64,000 nt of DNA. Source: Gnetum montanum. Lineage: Eukaryota; Plantae; Gnetophyta. Each line of letters starts with the position of its first letter. The stretch's first letter is position 1. The notes below the pieces were generated by a model. It was given only the letters and a program-made list of their open reading frames with translations, did no database searches and was not told where the DNA came from. The translations under genes were made by a program, and so were the position numbers. Where the stretch lies: positions 87,498 through 151,497 of the forward strand of contig MNCI01000412.1 of assembly GCA_015680685.1 (NCBI GenBank), in the 5' to 3' direction. This document shows, piece after piece, positions 51,757-64,000 of the stretch.

Positions 51757-52171
51757 TAATTTGATGGAGCATCAACCTCCCAAGGAGGAAGTACTACAGC
51801 CATCATAATGTATCCCTCTAGAGAAATTTGAACCTCTACCTATTGATTAAAATTCCCTTGTACCAACAATGTGGCAGAGTACGAAGGTCTTCTTAGAGGT
51901 CTCATGGTAGCACTAGCTTCAAGAATCACATGGCTTGTAGTTCAAGGTGACTCACAACTAGTAATCAATCAAGTCATGGATGTTTTCGGATGCAAAGCTT
52001 CACATTTACAATCATACTGTGACTTAACTAAACACTTGCTGAAACAATTAACAAAAATAGACATGCAACATGTTCCCAGAAACAAAAATACCATCGCAGA
52101 TGCACTCGCAATACTATCCTTAAATGTGACACCCGACATGTTTCATGCATTTCCTAGTTCCATAATGAACT
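51757..52171 (+). pseudogene. Additional archaeal-type RNase H (aRH) of element F
   Basis: FDGAS..GG, FPCTNNVAEYEGLL.GL, VQGDSQLVINQV, HVPRNKN..ADALA; diagnostic of the Tat lineage. Confidence 0.93.
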
Positions 52172-53904
52172 TGAAACACCATGAAATTTTAGCTCAACAC
52201 TTTGAAACAAGAATAATTCAAAACCTCTCAAGTCCTAAGAAGAAAACTCTAGACTACGGCATGGAACTCAAGCCAGCTTGCTCATGCTATAAAGCTAGCT
52301 TTCTCCTAGCGGGAGTGACTCAAAACAACCTCAAAATAATGTTAAAATGGCCTGATTTTGAAGGTACAAGTCATCCTAAAGGTCAGTCCACCAACGATTA
52401 CCCTAGGTTCCTAGCCCTCAAAATCCTAATTTTGGGCTCAAAAATACACTTTTTACATTGCTTATGCCTAGCTTATGCCCAAGTCACACTAGGATCATGC
52501 TGGAGCATGAGCTCAGCATGAACAAATAGAAACTAGTCCAAGCAAGAAGTCCCAAGCACACTCTTAGCATCAACTTAACTCCCAAGGATAGGCAATAGTT
52601 TTACTTGTCAACAAACTCCAAGAAAATCAAAGTTCAGGTGTGAAACATAGCATTTTGGCTTGCTCACGCCTTGGTCATGCCTAGCTCATGCTAAGATCAA
52701 GCCCAAGTCATGCTGACAGTGTGATCCTAGTGTGAGTTACCAAAATGATTCAAATCGAGCACAAACAGGCTCAAAATTAGCATCCAGGTGGACCCCAAGG
52801 GTAGGCAATAGTTACACTTGAAATACAAGTCTCAAAAATCAAAATTTGATGTAAAATGAACCATCCCACCTTACTCATGCCTAGCTCACACGCAGGTCAC
52901 GCTGAGCACTATTCATCAGCGTGAGTATTATTCATCAGCATGAGTACTATTCATGCCTAGAAAACAGTACTCCAAACGCACACTAAGGACACACCAGGAC
53001 CAAATCAAATCACAGTGGGAGCCCTGGTGAAGCAGAGACACCTCAAACAGCCACCAAACCACTCAAATCAACATCCTGCAGTAGACGATTCAAAGGACCA
53101 TGAAGTTTCAAGTGAGGTGGAGTCAATCCCTCTTGGAATTCATTGTAAATTTGAATTGTAAGCTTTACCATGTGTGAGCTTGTCAAGCTCTTACGCTACT
53201 TCTATGGGTGTAAGCTAGCTTTCGATTGTAAGATATAGTGCACCTGGTCTAGAATGTAGTTGCCCACGTATACCAGTCGTGCGATCCGTTTTTCCCTCAT
53301 CTCGCAGCCATCGATCCCATTCAATCTAACTCCCAAGCCTAGCAAAAATGTATAAATACCCTGTTCATTGACATAAATGGGGTTGGCAAAAATTCCAAGA
53401 AAAGAGACAAGCAAATCCTAAGCCTGGACACACATGATTCACAGTGCCTGTAAACACCTTGCATTAGAGCTTAATGTTCAACTTGCAATGCAACTATGTT
53501 TTGACCAGTGCACATCTTGTTTATTCTTACAACATTGTTCATTATTTGCCATCCATTTTCCTATTCTAATTCATTGTTTGCATTGTTCCATTTCATTTGC
53601 ATACATTCTATTTGCGTTTATGTTTCATTATGTTTCATTACATTCTGTTACGTTTCTGCACGTTCTATTACGTTTTGTTACATTACATTATTTTCTCTGT
53701 TTTACATTTGTGACGATAACCCCAACATAGGCAATAGCGTATGCTTGAGGAAGTCCTTGGTTGATCTGCGTGCAGACCATCCCAGGCACTCTGCCTTTTT
53801 TTTCCAGATTTCCCTTGCACAAAGGCAAGGTCGTCTGTATCTCTCCTGAGATCTTTTAGTATTTGTTTTCCTCCAGCATTACATTGACAATTTTAGATAG
53901 TACA
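52172..53904 (+). mobile_element. Solo LTR G (related to the F LTR family) inserted between aRH and integrase
   Basis: Starts tgaaacacc..aaattttagctcaacacttt and ends gatagtaca like the F LTR; shares gaagtccttg.ttgatctgc.tg.agaccat; TSD GAACT/GAATT; no PBS or PPT. Confidence 0.88.
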
Positions 53905-55218
53905 GAATTGTGCCAAACCCATAACCAACACTCTCAACAACATACCTATAGCATCTATTAGTAGCACACATGTAGTGGAATGGTATCATCACATAAAAGA
54001 GTACCTTCTACATGGTGAACCACCACTACATCTAACAAATGCTCAAAAGGACGCAATGTAAAAACGTTCTCGATAATATGCGCTAATAGGAGAAACATTA
54101 TGTCATAGATCCTATGAAGGAATTTTGTTAGTGTGCTTTAGTAACATTGACAGTCACATGATCATGGAGCAAGTTCATGAAATACTTTGTAAAGGGCACA
54201 TAGCACCTAAGGCAATGGCAATGAAAATCAAACGTTTACGCTATTATTGGCCACACATGGAGCATGATTGTTTCTCCAAGTTCAAAATGTGCAACATCTG
54301 TCAAAAGCATGGTAATTTAATACATGTGCCACCTAATGAGTTTCATACAGCACAAATCACATGGCCTTTCCAAAAATGGGGGTTAGACATCATTGGATCA
54401 ATAACTCCCCCATCTTCACCAAGACATGGCTTCATCATCACCACAACTGAATACTTCACAAAATGGGTAGAAGTTATCGCCCTTAGGAATACCACATCCA
54501 AACAAGTGTGCAATTTCATACTCAAAAATATTGTAACCCATTTTGGCATCCCAATGACCATAATCACCAATAATGGTCCACAGTTCAATAGTGCCAAAAC
54601 CAAAAACTTCTGTGAAAGCCTAGGCATCAAACACTCATTCTCATCATCGTACTACCCATAAAGCAATGGTCAAGTAGAGTCCATGAATAAAATTTTCATC
54701 ATGGTGCTCAAGAAAATGCTTCATTAGAGCAAAAGAAGATGGCATCAAGAACTAGTTTACGTGCTATGGACATATCGAATGACACATCGAACATCCATAG
54801 GTAAAATTCCCTATAGTCTTGTTTATGGATCAGAAGTTGTTTTACCTTTGGAGTTGTAGGTACCCTCATTGCAGATCACTCTCTCTAGGCTCCTCGATGA
54901 AGGTCAGAATGATGAATTGTGTGTTGTTGACCTTGACTCGATGGAGGAGGAACGTACAGGCACACCCGATCAAATTGAGTGGTACCAAAAGAAACAACGA
55001 TGGTGACATCGACATGATGTACACAAGCATCCGATCAAGGAAGGTGATCTAGTCCTCAAGATGGTCCGTGAACACTCAGATAAATTCTTAGCCAACTGGG
55101 AAGGGCCTTACTTGGTCATTAAGCATACGACAATGAGGCATTCAAACTAGTTGATATGAATGACAATGAGCTTGCTAATCCAACAAATCACATGTACCTC
55201 AAACATTACTACATCTAA
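53905..55218 (+). pseudogene. pol: Integrase of element F
   Basis: HE..C.GH..YYWP..C..CQ zinc finger; WPFQKWGLDIIG; YFTKWVE; ITNNGPQF; SNGQVESMNK; NWEGPY module. Confidence 0.97.
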
Positions 55219-55234
55219 AAAACTTAAGGTATGC

Positions 55235-55536
55235 ACTCATCCTAGCATCATGATAGTAAACTAATAATGCAGACTTGTCCTGGCATCATGATGGTAAACT
55301 GATACCACAAACTCATCCTAGCATCATAACAGTAAACTGATACCGTAGACTCGTCTTGGCATCATGATAGTAAACTAATACCGCAGACTCATCCTGGCAT
55401 CATGATGGTAAACTGATACCATAGACTCGTCCTGGCATCATGATGGTAAACTGATACCACAGATGCATCTTGACATCATGACAATAAAATGATATCACAT
55501 ATTTATCCTGGCATTATGATAACTAACACCATAGAG
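55235..55536 (+). repeat. 38 bp tandem array in the 3' UTR of element F (~8 copies)
   Basis: Unit actcatcctggcatcatgatggtaaactgataccryag; more degenerate taaact units continue to ~55740. Confidence 0.95.
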
Positions 55537-56906
55537 CTCCATATGGTATGACATTAAACTACCACATTTGTGTCTACCAGAGTCTGCTAAGACTATAAAC
55601 TAGCTCACCTCTTCATAGTCTACCATGACTATAAACTAACACTGCACCGTCCGCTACGATGCTAAACTAGCAACGTCCAAAAAGTTATGACATAAAACTA
55701 ATCCATGACAATCCACTAAGACTATAAATTGGCAACATCATCACTAGCCCATTGATCTATTGCTACAATCAATGACTTGGCTTCATCTCAAGCCTGCTGC
55801 ATGATTCACCTCATGGACTCTGATGACACTGATGCTACTCGTTTTGTTCTCCTAAAGTTTAACACGATGCCTCCATCTCATTAGTTGTAATCAAGTTTAA
55901 AGTGTTTTAGACTAATACACTTGTAGTTTTCTTGTCCTCTTGGAGTTTTGTTTATAGGATGATGCTCTGAGGTGTTTACAGACAGATGCACTTCATCACA
56001 GTGACAAGGTACCACATTGTTCTTGACACATGCAACGGGGTTAATCAATCCACTCATGAGTACATTCCTAGTTTCCGATGCATCCCTTATTCTCCAACAT
56101 GTTCTCCCTATCCTACTCAATTACACCTCCTGGATACATTCCATTTACCACAAAACTTGAACCACACTATTGTATACTATGACTCTCCAAGCAGTTGCAA
56201 CCTACAACACAACATAGCACATGATACAACTACAAGCACACAAGCACGAGTACAATACTGAAAAGATACAATTTTGTCAAAAAAATGGGGGGGGGGAGAT
56301 AAAAAAAACAAAAAAAAATCAAAGAGAAAAATACATCATAAGGCCATTGGCTCTTCCCATACAAGGCCCAGGTAGGAAGGTAGTTGTCTTGGAACAAAAC
56401 ACTCATGTCTCAAACAATCATGTCACATAACATCATCACGTGGCTTTGGCTATTTGACAACGGGATCCTTTTGACACTCCCAAGTGTCTTGTTTCTCAAA
56501 ATAATGCACCACCTCATCATGTGGCTTTGGCTATTAACAACAGGTTCTCTTAAACATGATCCAAGAGTCTCGTTCCTCCAAAGGATGCACCTCCCATGCC
56601 TTGGTCCCAAGTCTGCTAGATACTGGCTATCAACAAAGACCAACATGACTTGTTCACAAGAGCATTCCTCTCCCACAATTAAACAAATCAATCCTTTGAT
56701 CAATTCCTAATCCCACAGTTACAACCTGCTTCCCATGCATATCCAAACTTCATTTCACAATCCAATGTACTTTTGAACATGATGCGATGGCATCCAGCCA
56801 AGTGCCTGATGGACAATGCTTGATGCCAAGTTGCTTATGGTGTTTTGTACTTCTTTGTCAATGCGCCTCGGGTGGATTTCTCTAGGTGTCAACAAAGAGG
56901 GGCCAA

Positions 56907-59091
56907 TGAAAACACCACAAAATTTTGGCCTAGCACTTTTAGATAGGATTCGAGCTAAGTCATGTCGCTATGAAACCTAAGTATAGCATGACCAAACTTG
57001 AGAACCTCCAAAATAGCATGAAACAACACATAATTGAATAGGCAATGTTCCTCCAGGGCCCACAGATGATTAATCCAACTCCTGGCATCCAGAATCTAGG
57101 GTTTCAAGCTCAAAATGCATGGTTTTTGCTATATACACTTTGTTCATGCCATGGTCATGCTACCCAGCATAAGACCAACGTGTGTACAACGTCACCAAAT
57201 TTTGGAGCCCAAAAACCAAGTCCAAACAGCCCAGATTCGAGCACACGGACCCTCCATGAGCTTCATCGATGCCCCCTATTGCTCCCAACCTTTAGAACCT
57301 CAAAATTTGAGCTTAGAATCACATGTCTTGATCCACTTTCTATTGGTCATGCTAAGGTCACACTGCACAGTGTGACCACAGCGTGACCAAATAAGAAAAG
57401 CTTAATTCAAGTACCTCTAGGTAGAGTTTTGACATGAATTCGAGTCCTGGGAGCCAAGAAATAATTGTACATGTTCACAGGCTCTAGAAAATCAAAATTT
57501 TGGCATTAAACATGCTACTTTAAGTTATTCATGCTGAGGTCATGCTACACAGTGTGACCATAGCATGACCAAACAAAAATAGGGCAAATCAACCATTTTC
57601 AAGCATCATCTTTGACATTCGAGCAACCCCCAGGGACAGGCAGCAATTGTACATGTTTTTAGGGTTTAAAACTCACAATTTGGACCTCAAACATGGCATT
57701 TTCAGTTGTTCATGATGAGGTCACACTGGCCAGCATGACCACAGCATGACCAAACCAAACTGGCCCAAAATAGTAGCAAAATGGAATCAAATTTAGCATC
57801 CAGGCCACCCTGGAGAGTAAGAAGTAGTTGAGCATCAATAAATAGGCATTAGCATCCAAAAATCAGCTCAGAACAGGGCATAAACACTTGTCCACATTGA
57901 GGTCACGTTGGCCAGTGTGACCACAGCATGACTAATCAAAAGTATGCAAAAACAGCCTTCAGATCAGCTCAAAATTGACATGCATAACCCTATCGACCTC
58001 GGGCATGTAGATCCATGCTAAAAATGGATCTCATAGCTCAAAAATGGGCTCAAATGCATCATAAATATTGGACACGTTGATGGTCACACTAGCACCCTGA
58101 TGCCAACATATGCACAACATAAACGTTGGATGCCAGACACTGGATGACAGGACACGCTACAGACACATCAGAGCCAGATCCATGCATGCTGGAGACCTTG
58201 GTAGAGCAAAAATAGCATAGATCTACAAATCCAGAGGCTAGACATACAGATCCACTCTTGTACTTTAACATTCTTTGTACATCTTTCATTTTTGAACGTA
58301 TCAAGCTCTTATGCTATGGATTACACATGGAAGCATAAGAGATCTTGATCACACTGCACCCTATACATTGTAAAATTCTATGCACCTGGTCAAAATGTTC
58401 ACACCTGTCGCCTGATACACATTTCCCTCACCCTGCAACCATAGATCTTCCTCCATATCTGAATCCTACATCCAAAAATCCTATAAATACCTCATTTTTG
58501 CACTTAATCAAGGTTGGAAATTTTTGGGCATCGAGACCTAGAAGGTTGGAAATTTTGGAGCAGGAAAACCAGCAACCCAAAACCTAGACTTAGTCACATT
58601 GAGCACTGTGGGACAATCTTGGTCATGCTACATACCTGCAACTAGAAATTTGCAGTCCCCAAGCGTCTACACACTCTTCACATCGAGGCTAAACATGTGT
58701 CTTGTGATCAAACCGCAACTACATTCTAACTGGTGCACTTTTATTTGTAATCATCCATCAATACATTACAATTTTTTCATCCATTATTCTCTATTTACAT
58801 CGTTTACATTTGTTATAATTTTCATTACCTTTGTTCACGTTTTGTTTTCATTTTACATCTCGTACATTTTTTTATGTTTAAATTTGCATCTATTTACATA
58901 TAACCCAGTGCATTGCAACAACGTACACTAGGGGAAGTCCTTGTTTGATCTGCATGTAGACCATTCAAGGAACTCTACCTTCATTTATTTCTAGCTTGTC
59001 CTCATGCAAAGGTTGGGTCTTACTATGTCTTCCTTAGATCTCTCGGCGTCCATTTCATTCTAGCCTCGCGCTGACGATTTCGGACAGTACA
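56907..59091 (+). repeat. 3' LTR of element F
   Basis: Follows the PPT; TG...CA; ~2.2 kb. Confidence 0.93.
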
Positions 59092-60800
59092 CTTTCTTCC
59101 ATGTTAGGGATAGAGATATCAACATGGAAAACAAGGGGAATGGATTTTTTTACAAATTTCAACCTTAATCAAATTTACATGTCAACCTCTAGGGCTACTA
59201 GGGTTGAGGATGGGGTTTGGAGATAAAACTAATTATTTTACAATGTTTTTAAGTGGTTTTTTGACTCCCCCCTTCCCCTTTTCCACATTGGAACTTCCAT
59301 TCTTAGTGTGAAAAAATGGGAAAAATATTGTTGGTGATTTTTGGGTGATTTTGACCATGCATGCAAATTTCTAGGATTATTGGAAATGATTGTTGCTACT
59401 TGATGTCAAAATTTCATTGTTTCAAAGTTGACAAGGAATTTTTTAAACTTCTCCACCTTTTTCCACACTAGGGATTCGATGCTCAGTGTGGAAAAATGGG
59501 AAGAAATATTTTTGAATATTTTTGGCCAATTTTGACCATGCATGCAAGTTTCCTAGATAGCTGGCATCGACTACTAACATCTGATTTTCAAAGTTTGGTT
59601 GTTTCAAGGTTGTTAATATATTTTTTGTACTTCCCCTCCTTTTTCTACATTTGTGCTTTCATTCATAGCATGGAAAAATTGGAGGAAGGATTTTTAGTCA
59701 TTTTTTATTACTTTTGATAATGCATGCATACCCCTAAGTTCACCAATGTTGCCTACTACCATCTTATGCTAAAATTTGACCACTTCAAGGGTCATAAGTC
59801 ATTTTTTTAATTTCCCATTTTTTCCACACTACAAATTCCATGATTAGCATGGAAAATTTGGGGAAAATATTTTTTGATCATTTTTTATCGATCTAGCCAT
59901 TCATGGATGCTCAAATGGTTGCAAACATTAGTCACCAATGCCTAAGGTGAAGATCTAGTTGTTCTAGGGGTTATGATGGGATTTTCAAGCTTTTTCCCTT
60001 TTTTCCATGCTTGGGGTTGGAGCCCCAACATGGAAGAGGTCCTTTGAATTAAGAAAGTTAGATCTAGGCTAGATCTATAGCTAATTTCCCTTGCATGTTG
60101 ACCTCTAGGGTTGTTGGTGTTGATGGTTAATTTTGGGTGTCAAGATTTTATAGTTTCGAGGCTTCTAAGTGCATCATGAAACCTCCCACATTTCTTCCAT
60201 GCTAGGAATGGTTTCTCTAGAATGGATGAGATGGGGTGATATATTTTTGACTCATTTTGGGGCTTCCAGAAGCTCTAGAGGGTTCCAGTAGGGTCTAGGG
60301 ATCACCAGGCATCAAGAAATGGTCATAAGGTCATCAACTTAGATCATTTTCAGATTCCCCCCATCTTTTCACAATGAGTGTGAAAGGCCCAACATGGGAG
60401 AAGTATCTACCAATGTGGAAAAATCCAAATACCAGGTTTCAACTAGTTTTGACAAGTTTTAACTAGGTTTGGTGAGCTTTTGAGGCTACCAAAGATACTT
60501 GGAAGGGTTTTAGATCATGTGGGGCTCACATTGGGGTCAAATTTGTGCTAGATGAGTGTTGGGAGGTAAGAGTGAGTGTTACCCCCCTTCTTCCAAGCTA
60601 GGCACTATTTCCCTAGCATGAAAGTTTATGATGCTTAGCCATGCTCATGTTTTGCCCAAATTTGTGGACTTGGGGTTGAAAAAGATAAGTCTGGGTTACT
60701 AAAAATAGAAAGATATTTTAATGCTAATGAATTTGTAGAAGAATGGACATGTTTCCACATTGGGCATGGTATTCCTAGAGAGGATTCATGGGGGTAAGGT
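59092..60800. repeat. Degenerate ~180 bp-period array carrying a TTCCAYRYT-spacer-ARYRTGGAA inverted motif
   Basis: Motif starts near 59097, 59281, 59461, 59643, 59822, 60003, 60195, 60368, 60591 and 60752. Confidence 0.75.
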
Positions 60801-62394
60801 TGCCTTAATGTTTTAAGTGTTGAATTTAGTAAAAATCCCCCCCCCCCTAAAACAAATGTGAACTAAACTTTCCCCCCTTTTTCCTTAGTGCACTTGTAGT
60901 TATGGTGCACTAAATTAGCAATTGGGGTTTTATTTGGGTTTAGGTGTGTTTTATAAGTTAAAATTTCAAAACTTTTGATCATAATTGTCATTCTTCAAAA
61001 ACAACACATTGGAGGAGAGTTCTAATAAATATTCTTGTATCATCCATAACTAATCTTTAGCATGGAAGCCCCCCATCTCCCTTGTAGTCAGCATAGAACT
61101 CACATCTTTTCTTAATTTCTTCATTTCTCAACATTTAGCCCATCATGGCACCAAAATAGAGAGGAGGAAAGAGCAAGAACCCAAAAATCTAGAGGATGGA
61201 TGAGTGCTCTAGGGATTTATTATGGTTTCCAAGTCCTATCTCAATCTAGGCCCCATCTATCATTGCTCCAAGGTAGCCAATGCTACCTATTTTTTCCTTT
61301 GTTTCCATGGTTTTTTTCTAGGTTTCTGCCTTCCAAGTGTTAGGGTGATTTTTTCAAATCTAATTCAATGGGGGGATTAACTTAGAATTTTGTAAAAATC
61401 CCACATCCTATTTTGGCTACTCCCATGAAAATTGATGGTTGTTTTATCACTTTAGCTTTTGCAAATTTGATTTTGAAAATAGGCCTAGTTGTTTTGTGCT
61501 TTTTCATCAATATCTTGGGGTATGGCCATTCTTTTCAGATCTAGGCCTTAGAATTTGTTAAAATTAAATTTAAAAAAAATCCTACCCATTATTTTGATGT
61601 GAATTTAAATGGGTTATAAGGGTTTTGGCTATTTCGACCATTTTAATGGCCATATGAAATTTTGGCTTTGCGATTTTTGAAGTTTTACTATGAAAAAGCA
61701 AGTCAACTTGTGTATTTTTTCTCATTATAACTACTACATATTTGTGAAGTCAAATGTTATTGGTTTGTATCCCTTTTTTTAAGCTTCTTGATGGTTTTTC
61801 TCTTAATTAATTTAGCTCTAAAATGAGCTATTTATGGTTATTTTTCTAATGTTGCACAATTAGGCTATTCGTGCCACTTTTGTAATTTCATGTAGATTTG
61901 TGAACTTTTCATAAGCAAAAAGAAATTTTATTTTCTATTTTCTAGTCATGGCTACATAGTGTTTGGTTTAGCTTTCCAATGGAGGTGGAATCATAATTAT
62001 TGGACTTGAAATGAATTTTTTACGAATTTTTTACTAGCATATGCAGATCATGGAAAAACTCACAATTGTAGTACACTGCCCAAAATATAAGTGGTTAATT
62101 TCTTTCTTTTTCTAGGAGGGTAAAATATTTTTCTATTTTAAATATGTTTTTGTTATGGATTCATGGCTTTTTATAAGCTAATCATTCTTTTTTCTAAATT
62201 TGTATATAGTTTAGATGTTTCTTTCAAATTCTTTTTCTAAACTTATGCTTGCTTTTTTTGAGATTTATGCATAATTTAGACGCTTTCTCATAAATTCATG
62301 CATAAATTACACTAAGATATAGTTTTGTTCATAATTATTTTGATTATAAAGGTTATAAAATATGGTATCCATGTTTTTATGGAATTTCTCTAGT

Positions 62395-62770
62395 TAATTT
62401 AGATAAACACATAAGAGCTTTCTACAGAAGCTAATTTCAGCACTGACTTAGGGAGTTTTATCTAAATTTGTAAAGAAATTACAATTATTAATAATGCAAG
62501 GTTATGATAAAATTACTTAGGATAATTTAGAAAAACTCCTTAGAGCTTTTTACAAAGGCTAATTTCACCTCTAACTAGACATTCTACCTAAATTTGCTAA
62601 CTCCAATATTCCAAAACGTTTTTTCTTTGAAAGGTTGTGATAGTGCCTTTTAATGGAATTTATTAAGCTTATTAGATAAACACCTTAGATTATTTTGAAA
62701 GGCTAATTTCACCTCTAACTAGATGTTTTCCTAACCTATTAAGAAATTCTAATTTCTCACAATGTTTTTT
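62395..62770. repeat. Three degenerate copies of a ~130-145 bp unit
   Basis: ttagataaacac..agag..gctaatttca..ctaactag at ~62399, 62528 and 62672. Confidence 0.7.
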
Positions 62771-63215
62771 CTTTGTTTTTTGCAAGGCCTTCTTTAGGCC
62801 TATTCTCATTATATTGAAGCTAGCAGGAATTTTTTGTTACATTAGTCATCCCAAAAATAATACTCAATTGCATGACATGCCTCTTGGGAAGCTCTCATTA
62901 TGGTTTTAGCCCAAGGAAAGGAACTTCCTTGGCTACCTCCTCAAGATCTTTAGTGTGATGATATGGTCACACTTATCGATGGATGTAGCTATGGTTGTTC
63001 TAGAGACCCAATTTCCTTGGGCATTAGGACTTATTATTAGGTATATTACTAATAAAACAATTCCTAAAACTATAGGGGAACTTGCAGATGCCATAAGTTC
63101 ACGCTAGCTATCAAATATCTAGACAATGCTTGAGTATAGTTACTATAATACCGATAATACTCTAATAGTGGCACATAGAGCTCACATACTATTATAGAAC
63201 CCACTTGGCACTATA

Positions 63216-64000
63216 TATCATCTACAAGGGTAAACATGGTTATTATAATGTTTTTTATGGTTTTTTCTTAACTTCTTTGTCTAACTTCATTAATTTTACT
63301 TCTTGTAGGTACAAGGTTAATGAGTAGCATTTGATCATTAATGATCAAATCCTGGTAGTAGCTCAAACNTAAATTTTGCAGATTCTTGCTTCATGATGAT
63401 CCTTAGGAAACATTTCAGGAAATCATTCTTTGGGGTTGACTACACTCTCTATTGGCTAACTACGTTCTAGGATAGTAGAGAGTGTAGTCCCAAAAATTAG
63501 AAAAACTTTTCCTCACGTTGACACTTAGACAAATCTATAGTCAAGAAGTTATCATCAAAATTTGGTGGTGTTTCATTAAAAACTAGGAAAAGAAATAAAA
63601 CACTTAATTCCATAAAATACTAGAAGCCACGTGTTTACCTTTACTTTTCTTTTGTGATGTAGAGGTTCTAGATACAAGGGTTTGATCTGTAACATCGACA
63701 TCTACTCACTAGCTATGCATCATCTTACTATCCTTGCACTTCTTGTATACCATGCTGAAATTGGTGGCATATTCATCAAAGTCCCCTTTTAAATTTTGAT
63801 ACAAAATAGCTCTAATTTGAGGAATATTGGTGAATTCATCCAAAGTAGTTTGAGCTACTACCAGGATTTGATCATTAATGATCAAATGCTACTCATTAAC
63901 CTTGTACCTACAAGAAGTAAAATTAATGAAGTTAGACAAAGAAGTTAAGAAAAAACCATAAAAAACATTATAATAACCATGTTTACCCTTGTAGATGATA
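63216..64000. repeat. Perfect inverted repeat (63216-63368 vs 63848-64000, running off the window edge), probably an assembly artefact
   Basis: 153 bp exact reverse complement; the left arm ends at the single n (63369). Confidence 0.9.

Larger units (their letters stand above)
37114..59091 (+). mobile_element. Element F: Tat/Ogre-like Ty3/Gypsy retrotransposon, ~22 kb, all ORFs decayed
   Basis: LTRs 37114-39091 (5'-truncated) and 56907-59091 (TGAAAAC...GTACA); PBS-like tagtgctcgaaggtggg at 39098-39114 (13/17 match to the tRNA-Asn PBS of D); PPT aaagagggg at 56894-56902; domain order gag-PR-RT-RH-aRH-INT. Confidence 0.93.

Noticed and set aside
55235-55536. CRISPR-like regular repeats
   Set aside because: Units are head-to-tail with no unique spacers, there are no cas genes, and the context is a plant retrotransposon 3' UTR.
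61145-63360. Transposon-associated gene remnant (MAPK*RGG start, exon-like pieces near 62860-63360)
   Set aside because: Too degenerate to assign a product or boundaries.

Overview
Plant nuclear DNA: AT-rich, with heavy CG/CHG C-to-T decay; the element types suggest a large genome such as a gymnosperm (inference). It is almost entirely decayed Ty3/Gypsy LTR retrotransposons, and I found no intact host gene. (1) 1460-21694 (-) is a spliced GH1 beta-glucosidase pseudogene that is largely invisible in the ORF track. It is split by a three-level nest: small LTR element A (~3204-20413) contains element B (5425-18961, TSD CCTCC), which contains Athila-like element C (7745-16463). (2) B has no gag-pol but carries a complete, intronless, now decayed CCR4-type (EEP) deadenylase domain. 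(3) C has gag, no pol, and a long ORF2 with its own apparent promoter and spliced leader; a homolog of this ORF2 lies at 1-440. (4) Element D (23409-31940) is gag-only, with a tRNA-Asn PBS and ~3.6 kb LTRs. (5) Tat/Ogre-like element F (37114-59091) has the order gag-PR-[6.6 kb spacer with an antisense multi-exon gene]-RT-RH-aRH-[solo LTR]-INT-38 bp array. (6) The window ends in a ~180 bp-period hairpin array and a perfect inverted repeat that is probably an assembly artefact. The best candidates for something new are the CCR4-carrying LTR element and the antisense spliced gene in the PR-RT spacer. All translations and alignments were done by eye.
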